From the sequence record MN655999: a stretch of DNA of 64,000 nucleotides; one strand, 5' to 3'. The DNA is from Shigella phage Z31. Shown here piece after piece: positions 37,986-48,682 of this stretch (position 1 is its first letter; the number at the start of each line of letters is the position of its first letter). The position numbers and the translations under genes were made by a program. The notes under the pieces were generated by a model. The model searched no databases. It was given only the letters and a program-made list of their open reading frames with translations, and was not told the DNA's origin.

Positions 37986-39338
37986 TTATTCGTAAGCCAC
38001 TGTACCTTTCAAGTCAACATCCAAGATAGCCCCTGCTAAGATACCTGCGAAGGTAACATCTTTCAGGATACGAGCTTTCTTGTCTGCCAAAGCAACTTGA
38101 GAGGCTTTAGGAACATTAACTGTGTAAGATGACAGGAAGTTTCTGTTGACTGCTCTTTGTAGAGAGGTTTCAATGACTTGACGAATACGGGTAATACCAG
38201 TATCATCATAAGTAATCTTACCACCCTTCTGGTTAATTAGCAAGTCTCTCAGAGAAGTTTTCAGGTCTGATTCCAACCAGTCAACGCCACGGATGATATC
38301 AATCCATTCCCCACCAGAAGTAATCCCTCTACGAACCACTGGAACACCACCATCAAGGTCAATAAAGTTACAGTGACGTGCATCTAAAGCTGACTTCTGA
38401 ATACTTGTCAGAGGTCTCTTATTAGCTGGCTGTAGAGAAGCAGCTACACCAGTCAACTGAGCATTACCCCAAGCAATTGACCCTGCATCGTATGGAGCAC
38501 CATAAGCAATGTATGCCATCTCTGGATAGTCTTCTGCTGCTGTGTGATGCCACAAGCAAACTGTGCGAGTATACATACTCTTAGCAAGCTGTGCTGGAAC
38601 ATCATTTGCACTGTTTAATTCTGTACCTTGTAGTGCTGATACATCAGAGTTAGCAGTGAAGAAGATTTTCTTACGAGCCTGAATCTCAGAAGCCATTGCT
38701 AAGACAAACTGTTGAGTTCTGTCTTCTGCTGCAATGAAATACCAGTCAGTAGAATAAGCTTCAATGGCTGCCAGAGCAGTTGATGCTGTATCGGCAGTTG
38801 TGCTTGCAATAGATACAGTCTGTGCTGTAGTGGTTACCTTCACAAAATCATTGTCACCAGCTTTAGTGATAATCATTGTGGCAGAACCATTGCTACCAGT
38901 TACGTTCACAGAAACCTTATCTTTGATTGTTGGGTCAGCTTCAATCTGTGTTTTAAACTGTTGCAACACTACTTCAGCAGTGTCTGAGTCTTGCGCTGTA
39001 TACTGGTATGGTTGAGAAATTCCACCGCCAGCAGCTACAGTAATCGAGTAGTCTGTACTTTCGGTAACGGCATCAGGAATTGATACAGTGTACTGCATAG
39101 CACGTCTACCAATATAAAGCTGAGTTACTTTAGGAGTCTGACTCCAAAGTTGTTTAGCAGCCTTATATGCAGCAGTATTCTCATCGAAATCTTCAGCAAC
39201 TTCAGTTAAGGAAGTGTAGCCACGTACTCTTTCTTCAAAGTTATCTGTTGAAGCTAAGAATAGTGGTAAACCAAAACCTTCTCTTGTAGTTCCTGCGGTG
39301 TTCAATGTAATATCTACATTAACAATTGGATTCCACAT
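37986..39338 (-). CDS. tail sheath protein
   Basis: 450 aa upstream of tube gene; size and order typical of contractile tails. Confidence 0.65.
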   Translation of the reverse strand: MWNPIVNVDITLNTAGTTREGFGLPLFLASTDNFEERVRGYTSLTEVAEDFDENTAAYKAAKQLWSQTPKVTQLYIGRRAMQYTVSIPDAVTESTDYSITVAAGGGISQPYQYTAQDSDTAEVVLQQFKTQIEADPTIKDKVSVNVTGSNGSATMIITKAGDNDFVKVTTTAQTVSIASTTADTASTALAAIEAYSTDWYFIAAEDRTQQFVLAMASEIQARKKIFFTANSDVSALQGTELNSANDVPAQLAKSMYTRTVCLWHHTAAEDYPEMAYIAYGAPYDAGSIAWGNAQLTGVAASLQPANKRPLTSIQKSALDARHCNFIDLDGGVPVVRRGITSGGEWIDIIRGVDWLESDLKTSLRDLLINQKGGKITYDDTGITRIRQVIETSLQRAVNRNFLSSYTVNVPKASQVALADKKARILKDVTFAGILAGAILDVDLKGTVAYE

Positions 39339-39938
39339 TTATTTTACCCCTTTGGAGTCTACATCTAGATGGATAGTATATTCTGGTGGCTCTTGTCCTT
39401 CTTCATAAACTAACTCACCATCAACAATGACACGCTCAATAATACTTCCACGTTCATCTTTCAGGACTGAGTTTTTTACAAGAGTTACAACAAGAGGTGC
39501 AGAATTTTCGAAATCTGTATTGAGATAAGTGTAGTCATTAGGGATTGCTCCAGTATCTAGTACTGTAGCTCCTGTTTCTTCAAGGATTAAATCTCTGACT
39601 GAACTCATCTCTAATCGTTGTTTAAGCTCAAGCATAATACTGTGAGCACCTTTACCATTCACCGTAATCAATACTGGAATCTGAAAAGCAATTCTGTAGC
39701 AAACTACATCATCCTCAACAAACTTATCAAGAACCCAACCATAAGGTGTTGCAGCATCTTGACAATATACGGTAATAAATGGCTGGTCAGGTTTTAAACC
39801 TTTGTCATTTGAGTTATCAGAAGGGTAAGCTCTAATTACGTTTGGTCTATTATTCTTATCACGAGCTAGTCTGTGACCAATAACATCCACTAAGGTTCTA
39901 ACTAGACCTTTTTCAAGTTCTGCTGTTTCTAACTGCAT
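39339..39938 (-). CDS. neck / tail completion protein (putative)
   Basis: ORF track 199 aa, between capsid and sheath genes. Confidence 0.4.
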   Translation of the reverse strand: MQLETAELEKGLVRTLVDVIGHRLARDKNNRPNVIRAYPSDNSNDKGLKPDQPFITVYCQDAATPYGWVLDKFVEDDVVCYRIAFQIPVLITVNGKGAHSIMLELKQRLEMSSVRDLILEETGATVLDTGAIPNDYTYLNTDFENSAPLVVTLVKNSVLKDERGSIIERVIVDGELVYEEGQEPPEYTIHLDVDSKGVK

Positions 39939-40314
39939 TCATTTTATCCCTTCTAATAATGATATATTCATAATGGGACGTATGGGCTAATTGCTGTGAC
40001 CAATCCATAGTCATAAATACTTCATACTCATGACCATCAATCATAACAATATCAGACTCATTCCACTCTACATCATCTGAAGTTCTAAGTTTATATGTGG
40101 TATACAGGATTCTTGTATCGGTAAGCCTAATACCTTCCGGTAAAGCAATCTGTGTACCGTTCTTTACAGAACCTTTGATATATGGCTGGATATTACCTTT
40201 ACATTTGACCTCTACAATATCTTGTGAAGCTACCCAATCACCATCATCATTATAATAACCATCTTCAGAGACTTTACGCTTTACTACAAAGCTGTGTCTG
40301 TTTAAGAGCCTCAT
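39913..40314 (-). CDS. head-tail connector protein (putative)
   Basis: ORF track 133 aa. Confidence 0.4.
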   Translation of the reverse strand: MRLLNRHSFVVKRKVSEDGYYNDDGDWVASQDIVEVKCKGNIQPYIKGSVKNGTQIALPEGIRLTDTRILYTTYKLRTSDDVEWNESDIVMIDGHEYEVFMTMDWSQQLAHTSHYEYIIIRRDKMNAVRNSRT

Positions 40315-40793
40315 TTTTTAATACCCTTCTTAGTAGAAATTTTATAAGCAAGGTTATCTCTTAAGTCACCTGTCTCAACAAGAGGTGCATTAAAGCCTTT
40401 TTTCTTGACTGTGGAAGGTGCGTTAGGAGGGAGGATAGCAGAATTACCAAAACCTCTTTTAATTGCCTTCTGAGCATTCTTTGCAAATGCTTCTAAGGTA
40501 TCTGAAGGGTCTGTGTTGAGACTGCTAAGTTGCTTATATAGATTCTTCTTAGTCTGCTCTAACAAGGTCTGTCTGTTTAGCATCATAGTGATTTCAAACA
40601 ACCTACGATATACTTTACCAGAAGCTGAGGGAACCCCAATAACTTCTTGTAAATACATTAAAGCAGGATAAGAAAAACCAGAGCTATGTTGACCTTGTTC
40701 TTGAAAATACCCAACTTGAGCATTAGCCGTTTGCAAGTTCTTCATAGCCCCGACTAATTTTGCTCTAGCGGGGTGAATAACCCTTTTAACCAT
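40311..40793 (-). CDS. head-tail connector protein (putative)
   Basis: ORF track 160 aa. Confidence 0.4.
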   Translation of the reverse strand: MVKRVIHPARAKLVGAMKNLQTANAQVGYFQEQGQHSSGFSYPALMYLQEVIGVPSASGKVYRRLFEITMMLNRQTLLEQTKKNLYKQLSSLNTDPSDTLEAFAKNAQKAIKRGFGNSAILPPNAPSTVKKKGFNAPLVETGDLRDNLAYKISTKKGIKK

Positions 40794-41242
40794 TATTCAT
40801 CTCGCTCGATAATAAATACGCCATTAACACGGTTGCAGTAATCTCTGCCTTCGTATCTGGCAGCATCACCATATTCTGTGTATTTCTTGACAGAGCAAGG
40901 ATTCTGACGACGCATGTCAATGTCGCACTGGTTAATACCACCTGCATAGGGTAGTCCTGAAACAGAGCTTTTAACAAGGTCATCATAAACAGCTTTCAGA
41001 GACTTGAATCTGGAAGAGTTACGTAAATAAACACCACCAACCTTCTCATCTCCCATCTTGGCTACTTGAAAGAGTAAATATTTAAGAGCTTTGATGGCTG
41101 CTTTCTTTTCATCCTTTCCAGATTCTAGATAGAACCACTCTAGCACAGACTGCTCAATAAGAATCTCATCATTATTGGTGTCTGTGCAGAGGATTCTTAC
41201 TCTATCAAGAGGGTTATTGGCTGGGTCGCCTGTATAACACAT
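40793..41242 (-). CDS. head completion protein (putative)
   Basis: ORF track 149 aa. Confidence 0.4.
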   Translation of the reverse strand: MCYTGDPANNPLDRVRILCTDTNNDEILIEQSVLEWFYLESGKDEKKAAIKALKYLLFQVAKMGDEKVGGVYLRNSSRFKSLKAVYDDLVKSSVSGLPYAGGINQCDIDMRRQNPCSVKKYTEYGDAARYEGRDYCNRVNGVFIIERDE

Positions 41243-41263
41243 TCATAACCCTCCTTAAGAATA

Positions 41264-42367
41264 TTAGCCTTTGGCGTCAGCACGAACATCTACCAGCAAC
41301 TGAGGACGAGTACAGTATGGCAGCATGTAAGAGTGAGCTTCAAAGTCAATACCTTCGTCACGGTCTTTTTCGTATTCGAATACGTACAGTTCCTGACCAA
41401 GTGTATTTGCATAGCCCATCTTAGGACATGGACCATATGCCACTTCGAAGATGTTGTTTGCTTCACCCAGCATAGAAACGTTAGGGAAAGCATGACCTAC
41501 ACCAACAGTTGCTGCTACGCTGTCAATGCTCACCAGAGTGTGAACCTTACCACGCTTGTCTTTGAACTTACCGTTGTACTGGACAAACTTAACACCACCG
41601 TAGTAGAAAGTGTTCATATGAGCCTGAACGCCGTCAGTACCACCAGTTCTCAGAGAACCAGTAATCTGTTGCCAAGCCAGCGGAGTCTGCTGTGCAAGAT
41701 AAGCGTCGCGAATCTTAGGATGTTTAGTCAGCTTGCTGAAGAACACACGGTCAACAACTACGTGAATTTCTTCACCGTTGATTACAGTGCCAGTCTTAGC
41801 TTCATCTTCCATGTGCATACGCAGTTCTTCAATAGAAGCGTCGATATCCGCATTAGGGTTGTCAAGGTCGAAGTAAACAGTCTTCTTCTCAACATCGAAC
41901 TGCTTGTACAGGTCAGCGTACAGAGTACCACGAGCATCGACAACTTTACCCTTCAGAGCTTGCATAAACAGGAACTCACGAGTAATATCGAACTTGGTAC
42001 GAATCTTCATCAGCTTCTTAGCACGTACTACAGCTTCAGTAGTAAGCTCGTTTGCAGTGCCTGGCTGACGTACACCCTGAATTTCATCAGGAGTGATGCT
42101 TTCAACTTCTTTGAAGTACATCATTGGGAAGCTGATTTGACGAACACGCTCAGGTGCGCTAGTCTCTGCTTTACGGCTATCACGGTCTACCGCATCAAGC
42201 AAGCTAACATCCCAATCAGTCAAGTCCATAAGGAAAGTAGTTTGGGTGATTGGTGCTGAACGGAACAGACCTAAGTTGGAAATATACCCATAAGTGTTTG
42301 GGATAGACTGGACTTCACCAGTCAGGTCAGCAAGGAAAAATCTGCTTTTTTCAGAATTAGTCAACAT
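41264..42367 (-). CDS. major capsid protein
   Basis: 367 aa; higher GC and strong codon bias; follows protease/scaffold and decoration genes. Confidence 0.72.
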   Translation of the reverse strand: MLTNSEKSRFFLADLTGEVQSIPNTYGYISNLGLFRSAPITQTTFLMDLTDWDVSLLDAVDRDSRKAETSAPERVRQISFPMMYFKEVESITPDEIQGVRQPGTANELTTEAVVRAKKLMKIRTKFDITREFLFMQALKGKVVDARGTLYADLYKQFDVEKKTVYFDLDNPNADIDASIEELRMHMEDEAKTGTVINGEEIHVVVDRVFFSKLTKHPKIRDAYLAQQTPLAWQQITGSLRTGGTDGVQAHMNTFYYGGVKFVQYNGKFKDKRGKVHTLVSIDSVAATVGVGHAFPNVSMLGEANNIFEVAYGPCPKMGYANTLGQELYVFEYEKDRDEGIDFEAHSYMLPYCTRPQLLVDVRADAKG

Positions 42368-42400
42368 TGTAAAATTCTCCAGAATGTCTTATTATTGTTA

Positions 42401-42778
42401 TTACAGGCCAGTTGGTACGAAATCAATACCTTTAGCAGCCAGAGCTTTCTTGACTTCAGTAGCGTCAACGCTTGATTCAAGAGTCAGCATGTCTTTCAGT
42501 TCTGCATCACGGTAAATACCAACAACTTTCAACTGACCATGATAAGACAGTTGCAGGTCTGCGTAGAAATTAACGATACATACAGAGTCTGCTTGGGCTT
42601 CTTCTCCAGCTTGTACCTTAGTACCATCTGCTTTCAGAACTTCGCCTACACGATATTCTGTAGATGCCTGTGGAGTGTACTCTTTACGAGAGTGGCCTGT
42701 TGGGGTAACCTGTTCCCAAAGAATGATATCATTCAGAGGTTCTCTTTTACCTAACTTAGTAAAACCTTGATATGCCAT
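42401..42778 (-). CDS. head decoration / capsid accessory protein (putative)
   Basis: 125 aa between protease and capsid genes. Confidence 0.4.
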   Translation of the reverse strand: MAYQGFTKLGKREPLNDIILWEQVTPTGHSRKEYTPQASTEYRVGEVLKADGTKVQAGEEAQADSVCIVNFYADLQLSYHGQLKVVGIYRDAELKDMLTLESSVDATEVKKALAAKGIDFVPTGL

Positions 42779-42789
42779 TATTGTGTTCC

Positions 42790-44136
42790 TTATTTGATAA
42801 GAGATTTTAGAGCATTCTGGAGAGCCAGTTTGCGTTGTTCAGCGGTGTCTTCGGAAGCATTCTTAGCTGGTTCGTTTTCTTCTTCAACCAAATCAGCTTC
42901 GCCGTCATTACCCATTTCTTCCATAGCGTTGGAATGTTCAAGAACAGCACCAGCAGTTTCTTTCAGCTTGGTAATTTCTGATTCTTTTTCTTCCATTGCA
43001 GAAGCATGGGATGCGATAGTTTCATTAAGTTTCTGGTTAGCACCTTCCATAGCATTCATAAACAGAACACTCAGAGGGTTATCAAGACCAGCACCTAAAA
43101 TAGTCGTTGCAGCTTCTTTTGCATCAAATCCAAAAGCTTCAGCAGAAGCAGAAATCTTATTAGTCAAATCTGACAAAGCAGCTTCCTGTTCTTTAGCTTT
43201 CATTTGAGCAACCTGAAGACGCAAAGCTTCTAGTTCTTGCTTTTCTTGTTCAGTCATTTCTTCACCTGAATTGTTAACGTTTAAACTTACAGGAGCCTCT
43301 TCAGAACCTTGTAAGTAATTTAAGAAATCATCTTGAGACATGATTGAGTTAATTAAACCAAGTTCAAGAGCTTCCTGAGCAGAATAAACATTCGCCTCAG
43401 TATTCTTTACAGCTTCTTCAGAGAGATTACGAGATTCGGCTACAAAACCTGTAAAGGTTGCGTAGGTATCATTAATTCTCTTTTGAAGTCTTTCTTTGCT
43501 TTCTTCTGAAAGTGCTTGGAATGGTGAACCCATACCTTTAAACTCACCAGCTTTGATGACGTTAATTGTTACGCCATTCTTTTCAAATGCCTTAGTTAAT
43601 TCCTGATGAACCATGATTACACCAATAGAACCAACATCTGCATCTGGTGATGCAATAATTTCTTCAGCAGAAGATGCAAGAGCATATGCAGCGGAACAAG
43701 CGAACTCATCTACATAAGCAATAATTTTCTTTTGGCCTCTTGAAGCCATAATGTGACGTGCTAATTCAAAGCAACCTGAAGCTTCACCACCACCAGAATC
43801 AATATGCAGAACAATAGTCTTAATTGACTCATCTGCTAAAGCTTCGTCAAAGCCTCTACGTAAACCCTCATAAGAGCTTAAACCACCTGTACACATTGCA
43901 TCAATGAATGTCATACGATGAGTTAAACCACCCATAATAGGGATAATAGCAATGTCATCTTTTACTTTTAAAAGACTTCTTGCTTCACCTTTGGGTTTAT
44001 CAAAGTTTACTGCTGCTTGGACATCACCCAGCAATCTGTTATTCACATAAGTTGCTGCTGAGTGAGCTAATGATTCAGTGGCTAGTAAAGGTTGGTTGAA
44101 TAATCTATCAGCAAGTCTGAAGATATTCGAACTCAT
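42790..44136 (-). CDS. prohead protease (S49/ClpP-like) fused to scaffolding-like C-terminal region
   Basis: 448 aa; IMGGLTHR...LHIDSGGGEASGCFE resembles SppA/S49 peptidase; C-terminal half coiled-coil and acidic. Confidence 0.7.
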   Translation of the reverse strand: MSSNIFRLADRLFNQPLLATESLAHSAATYVNNRLLGDVQAAVNFDKPKGEARSLLKVKDDIAIIPIMGGLTHRMTFIDAMCTGGLSSYEGLRRGFDEALADESIKTIVLHIDSGGGEASGCFELARHIMASRGQKKIIAYVDEFACSAAYALASSAEEIIASPDADVGSIGVIMVHQELTKAFEKNGVTINVIKAGEFKGMGSPFQALSEESKERLQKRINDTYATFTGFVAESRNLSEEAVKNTEANVYSAQEALELGLINSIMSQDDFLNYLQGSEEAPVSLNVNNSGEEMTEQEKQELEALRLQVAQMKAKEQEAALSDLTNKISASAEAFGFDAKEAATTILGAGLDNPLSVLFMNAMEGANQKLNETIASHASAMEEKESEITKLKETAGAVLEHSNAMEEMGNDGEADLVEEENEPAKNASEDTAEQRKLALQNALKSLIK

Positions 44137-44147
44137 TTTTACTCACC

Positions 44148-44480
44148 CTATTTGTTTAAATCTACAGAGACTGAAGAGATAACATAGATACCTTCTTCAG
44201 CAAAGAATTGAGGTTTGCTAAGAGCACCAGTTGCCACGCATTTATCGTTAGTATCCCACAAGCTATAGTGTGAGACCGTTGCAGAAGCTGGGACAGTAAT
44301 ATTAACTGTGTCTTCTGAGGCAATTAAGCCATTATCCGGTTCAGAAAAATAAATAGCCACTGGCTGAGTAACCTTATTTGCTGTAGGGTCTGCCGTTGGG
44401 TCTACATTGTGTAAAATAATAGTCGTTGGGGTTAGCGTGGCGAGGATTTTATTCTTACCATCAATAGTTAATGTTCCCAT
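44148..44480 (-). CDS. hypothetical virion protein
   Basis: ORF track 110 aa. Confidence 0.4.
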   Translation of the reverse strand: MGTLTIDGKNKILATLTPTTIILHNVDPTADPTANKVTQPVAIYFSEPDNGLIASEDTVNITVPASATVSHYSLWDTNDKCVATGALSKPQFFAEEGIYVISSVSVDLNK

Positions 44481-44980
44481 TAATTAAACCTTACTTTTTG
44501 TTTAAGGACTGTTGAATGGTTACCAGATTCATCTACCACATTTACAATCATATCATATACTTTACCTTTGACAAGTACTTTGTAATCATTTTGTGAAAAA
44601 ATGTATTCAAGTCTGTTTGTTTCTTTATTAACTGTCATTGGGGATTGAAATGCAGTGTCGAGGGTAATGAAAGCGGCTTCAATGCTATTAACATTGATAC
44701 GTTTATTCTCGCAGTTATATAACTTTACACCCAAAAGGCATGAACTGTCAAATGGAATTTTAACAATTTCACTACAATTTCCTGAAATAAACGGTTTTCC
44801 ACTCATTGGTGCATCAAGTAACCTACAAATAGTGAAAACGTCAGAGACTCCACCATCACTAACATAACCTGAAAGGCTGACCCTTGAGCCAGCCTCTACA
44901 GATAGCTTATCAGTAATGATAAGGACACCCCTATACGAATGCACTCGTGTAGCATTTGAAATAGAGATAACTTCAGCCAT
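44480..44980 (-). CDS. hypothetical virion protein
   Basis: ORF track 166 aa. Confidence 0.4.
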   Translation of the reverse strand: MAEVISISNATRVHSYRGVLIITDKLSVEAGSRVSLSGYVSDGGVSDVFTICRLLDAPMSGKPFISGNCSEIVKIPFDSSCLLGVKLYNCENKRINVNSIEAAFITLDTAFQSPMTVNKETNRLEYIFSQNDYKVLVKGKVYDMIVNVVDESGNHSTVLKQKVRFN

Positions 44981-46455
44981 TATTTATTTGCCTTATTTGC
45001 TGTGCTTGGGTCTTTCGCTGAAGGTGTCTTTGCAGTACCTTCTCCAGCGGTCTTATAACCATCTCCTGAACGGCTTTGGCTATTCGGAGAAAGCTTTTCA
45101 GATACTGGCTGAGACTCATCAGCAGGAGGAAGACCAATATGCTCTCTAAGTTTATTAGATAGCTCTTTGTCAACTTCCAAAGCACCTACTGCAACAGTCT
45201 TCTGGATATAAGAACCAATTGCTTCAAGGTCTGGAGTTTCGATATCATCATATGTGATTTGCACATGTTCTTCATCATCCCACATATTAAGAGCATAAGT
45301 CTGTGCAACTAAATCACGGTTAATTACGTTCTTAATTTGCTTCAGCAGAATATCTACTGACATTGCTAATAAGCTTGTCTTAGAATCTGCAAGAGAGAAT
45401 GAACCATATTTTGATTGACCCATAGCAAGAACATCTGACATAAATGCCATCATAATCTGCTTGGAATATCTGTCAATGATAGAGCCTGTGTCATATGCTT
45501 TAGCACCCTGTCTAGAAACTAATGAGAACTCAAAAATATCCTCTTTAGTATCTGGGTCGATATATCTAGGCCAGATTAAACCTGCTCTGTCATTAGCAAT
45601 CATATCATTAACAACAGTTTTGCAGTATTGTACGAAAGCTTTCTTTTCAGGTTCTGCATTTTCATCCAGATAATCTGGTGGTAAACCAATCTTCGGCATA
45701 CCTACTAAGTCTCTTGAAACACCAACAGCTTCATACTCTTCAATCTGTACTTTATACTTCCACGGTACATAAGCATTAAGTAATGGTGAACGACCTTCTG
45801 GGTTACCATACTCATCATCATACTTAAACAGCATGAATTTAGCTCGTGGAAGTTTTCTTGTTAGTGGTCTTTCCCCCAGATTAATTGCTCCAGCAATATG
45901 TGAAACATTTCTCAGATTTTGTCTGACACCAGTAACTTTTCTAAAGTCTTCGTCAAAATACCACTTATCAAGTGTTGATTGGTTTCTGATTGGTAATTTA
46001 GCCCACCCAATTAGACCATCATCAAATTTTGACTGGTACTTTCCTTTTTTACCCTGACGTTTCTTATAAACCTTTTCGTTAACACAGAACCCATAAGTGC
46101 AGAATGACATTACAGAGTTAATAAAATCTGCCCAATCATGCTCCATGTCATCCATTAAAGAATTAAAGAAGTCTGCTCTTTCAAGCATTTTAGGGTCTTG
46201 CTCTTTTCCCTTTGGAGGTACAAATCTCCAGTTGACTTTTCTGACAAACATCTTAATAATATTTACAGATGCTGCTACAGCAGGGTCACGCATCATTAAT
46301 TGGAAAGTTTTAATACTTTCAGGGAACCTTAGTGCCTGACGAGGTTCTTCATAGATTCTACCATTCTTAACCTTCAGACCCAAAGAACCTACTTCACCCA
46401 TTCTAAATGGTGGTAAGCTTTCTTGTGTTTCTGTAATTTCTGCCATTCTTCTCAC
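44980..46455 (-). CDS. portal protein
   Basis: 491 aa immediately downstream of large terminase; typical portal size. Confidence 0.75.
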   Translation of the reverse strand: MRRMAEITETQESLPPFRMGEVGSLGLKVKNGRIYEEPRQALRFPESIKTFQLMMRDPAVAASVNIIKMFVRKVNWRFVPPKGKEQDPKMLERADFFNSLMDDMEHDWADFINSVMSFCTYGFCVNEKVYKKRQGKKGKYQSKFDDGLIGWAKLPIRNQSTLDKWYFDEDFRKVTGVRQNLRNVSHIAGAINLGERPLTRKLPRAKFMLFKYDDEYGNPEGRSPLLNAYVPWKYKVQIEEYEAVGVSRDLVGMPKIGLPPDYLDENAEPEKKAFVQYCKTVVNDMIANDRAGLIWPRYIDPDTKEDIFEFSLVSRQGAKAYDTGSIIDRYSKQIMMAFMSDVLAMGQSKYGSFSLADSKTSLLAMSVDILLKQIKNVINRDLVAQTYALNMWDDEEHVQITYDDIETPDLEAIGSYIQKTVAVGALEVDKELSNKLREHIGLPPADESQPVSEKLSPNSQSRSGDGYKTAGEGTAKTPSAKDPSTANKANK

Positions 46456-46462
46456 CTAGCTA

Positions 46463-48079
46463 TCAACGTCTAAGCCCCTCATATGGGTTTCCTCTCACTA
46501 AGTCTGTGTGAGCACCCATTGATGGTGGCTTGAATAATTTAACTTCGTTAAGACTGTTGAAAGCATCACTGGTAGCATCCACTTGGTCATCTTTAGTTTT
46601 GCCGTCACCACAAAAACCTTCAAGTTCTTGGAAGTAAGCTTCATTCCAACTACCTCTCAAGACTTTTACAAGTCCAGCTTCAGAAGCAGCAGAAAATCCC
46701 GCAAAGCGGGTAACTTTATCTTTATTTGTTGGTTTAGCTCTTGCGCGATAACCTTTCTCGGCAAGTTTCCTGATGAGGGATGTTGCATAGGATTTACCAG
46801 CAGCGCCTGGGTCTTGAGGGATAAAAATACCAGTTCGCTTACCGTCACTTTCAGCAGTCAAATTAATTTGTGTTTCGACTCCAGAGGGTCTATCTCTAAA
46901 TCTTACTACATCAATGATATAATAGCAACCGTCTTTTTTAGATTTACCCATCTTAACACCCGCTGTCCAGTCTGGGTTAGGGTTAATTTCAGATGGTAAA
47001 GTCGCTGCTAAGTCCCATGCTCTGACATCAAACACATCTTCTGGGAGTGAATCAACAATTTCACACCACTGTCTTTGCCAATAGTTTGAACCTTCTGCAC
47101 GAGCCTTCCAGTTACCGAAACGAAGTCTTGCAACGTTTACAGGTGTGTTGTTTTCCAACTTACCACGGTATTTAGGTTCTAAGAAGTCAAGAATTGGGTT
47201 ATCATCAATCGTACCAGAGATGAAGGTGTATGTCTGAGGAATCTCAAGAGGGAACATTTCAAGAATCTTGTCTCTCTCCCAATCAGAAACCATCACACCA
47301 TCATTCATAACATACCAACGAATACGACCGCATTTCTCAGGGTCTGGGTAACCTTCTTCATCTAAGAATGGCTCTACCCAATCATAAATGAAGTGGTCTC
47401 TATCTGGGTTCATAGAAATCTTCATGTATGAATCACCTTCAGCACCAGAACGTAGACGGGTCTGTAGGTATGAAATCTGTGAAGCAGAGAAGTGTGTACC
47501 TTCGTCAAAGTAGATAGCTGAGTATTCAATACCCTGATGACCTTCAGCGTGCTTTTCAAGTTCTAGGTAGGTGAACTTGATAGTTGCCCCAGAAGGGAAC
47601 GTGATAGTCATCTTCTGCTCGTGAGGAACCCCACCAAACTTACCAAATAGTTTCTTTGCAGCAGGCCATAAACCACCTTGTAACTGTGTTGTATTTCGAC
47701 GGAAATATACAGCATTATAGTTAGGGTCTTCAATAAACCTTAAAGAGTCCATTAACAATGCAGCAGTTTTACCAGCACCAGCAGCACCACCATATAGAAC
47801 CAAGTCAGCATTAGTATTTAAAAAGACCTCTTGAGAACCCGGTTGAGGGGCTACATAGTTCTTATCAGTCATCAATTTGAAGATAAGTCTAACTTGGTCT
47901 GGTGTGTATCTTAATAAAGTCAGAATTTGAGTTGGAAGGAATTTAGAGGGGTCTTTACCGAATGATTTGATAATTTCTTTTACTTCATCAGAAAGCCCCA
48001 ACTCTCCAGCTAGGACTTTCCTAACGTCTTCCACTCGCTTCTGCTTAACAGCATTTAAGTCCATTAAGCACCTCCGCAA
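46463..48079 (-). CDS. terminase large subunit
   Basis: 538 aa; Walker A LYGGAAGAGKTAA; C-terminal nuclease-type acidic residues. Confidence 0.88.
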   Translation of the reverse strand: MRRCLMDLNAVKQKRVEDVRKVLAGELGLSDEVKEIIKSFGKDPSKFLPTQILTLLRYTPDQVRLIFKLMTDKNYVAPQPGSQEVFLNTNADLVLYGGAAGAGKTAALLMDSLRFIEDPNYNAVYFRRNTTQLQGGLWPAAKKLFGKFGGVPHEQKMTITFPSGATIKFTYLELEKHAEGHQGIEYSAIYFDEGTHFSASQISYLQTRLRSGAEGDSYMKISMNPDRDHFIYDWVEPFLDEEGYPDPEKCGRIRWYVMNDGVMVSDWERDKILEMFPLEIPQTYTFISGTIDDNPILDFLEPKYRGKLENNTPVNVARLRFGNWKARAEGSNYWQRQWCEIVDSLPEDVFDVRAWDLAATLPSEINPNPDWTAGVKMGKSKKDGCYYIIDVVRFRDRPSGVETQINLTAESDGKRTGIFIPQDPGAAGKSYATSLIRKLAEKGYRARAKPTNKDKVTRFAGFSAASEAGLVKVLRGSWNEAYFQELEGFCGDGKTKDDQVDATSDAFNSLNEVKLFKPPSMGAHTDLVRGNPYEGLRR

Positions 48080-48085
48080 ATAGAA

Positions 48086-48286
48086 TTATTCAGAGTCTGT
48101 AGCAGTCTCTTCTTTCTTAACTTCGAACTTTGCATCAACAGCATCAAGAAGTGCATCCATAGATGCCTCTTTAATATCAATACCTGTTGCTACAGATAAT
48201 CTGTCTGCAATTGCCATGATAGTGTTCTGCATAAATTCTAGCTTCTTATTAGCTTCATAAAGTTCTTTATAAACGGTCTCACTCAT
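48086..48286 (-). CDS. small protein upstream of large terminase
   Basis: ORF track 66 aa; GGAGAAAAC RBS. Confidence 0.4.
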   Translation of the reverse strand: MSETVYKELYEANKKLEFMQNTIMAIADRLSVATGIDIKEASMDALLDAVDAKFEVKKEETATDSE

Positions 48287-48321
48287 TATGTTTTCTCCAA
48301 ATAATTAACCATGTTTCCCCT

Positions 48322-48348
48322 TAAAAAAGACGGTACAGAGACCGTCAA
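48322..48348 (-). terminator. rho-independent terminator (GACGGT...ACCGTC + TTTTTT)
   Basis: Hairpin and T-run on minus strand downstream of the tRNA island. Confidence 0.5.
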
Positions 48349-48394
48349 GGAGAAACCACAATGTACGTCAGAGACATACTGTATAAGGCTTCTT

Positions 48395-48455
48395 ATAAAG
48401 TATAACTCTGTAAAAAAGCCCTGTCTAAAAATACTCTTCGGTAGCGAAAGGAAGA
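48395..48455 (-). terminator. long hairpin (GCCCTGC...GCAGGGC) with T-run
   Basis: Second terminator-like structure between tRNA island and terminase operon. Confidence 0.35.
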
Positions 48456-48508
48456 ATACTCATAGCAGGGCATTATTATTATTTTAATTGAGAGAGAGTA
48501 AAATAACT

Positions 48509-48584
48509 TGGAGAATCCGAAGGGACTCGAACCCTTATAAACCTGTTTTGCAGACAGGCACATAGCCATTTCTGTCACGGATTC
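48509..48584 (-). tRNA. tRNA-Cys (anticodon GCA)
   Basis: Hand-folded cloverleaf: acceptor GAATCCG/CGGATTC, anticodon loop CTGCAAA, T-arm GGTTCGAGTCC, CCA encoded. Confidence 0.7.
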
Positions 48585-48588
48585 AAAT

Positions 48589-48681
48589 TGGAGGAAGATA
48601 CCAGACTTGAACTGGTACACCGATTTCTCAGCTACTGGCAGTTTAGCAAACTGCTCCCTTACCTTTTAGGGTTAATCTTCC
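48589..48681 (-). tRNA. tRNA-Ser (anticodon GCT), type II
   Basis: Acceptor GGAAGAT/ATCTTCC, anticodon loop TTGCTAA, long variable arm, T-arm CCAGTTCAAGTCTGG. Confidence 0.65.
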
Positions 48682-48682
48682 A

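Noticed and set aside
41333-42259. 308-aa plus-strand ORF inside the major capsid gene
   Set aside because: Antisense to a strongly codon-biased structural gene, Cys/Leu-rich low-complexity translation, no RBS.
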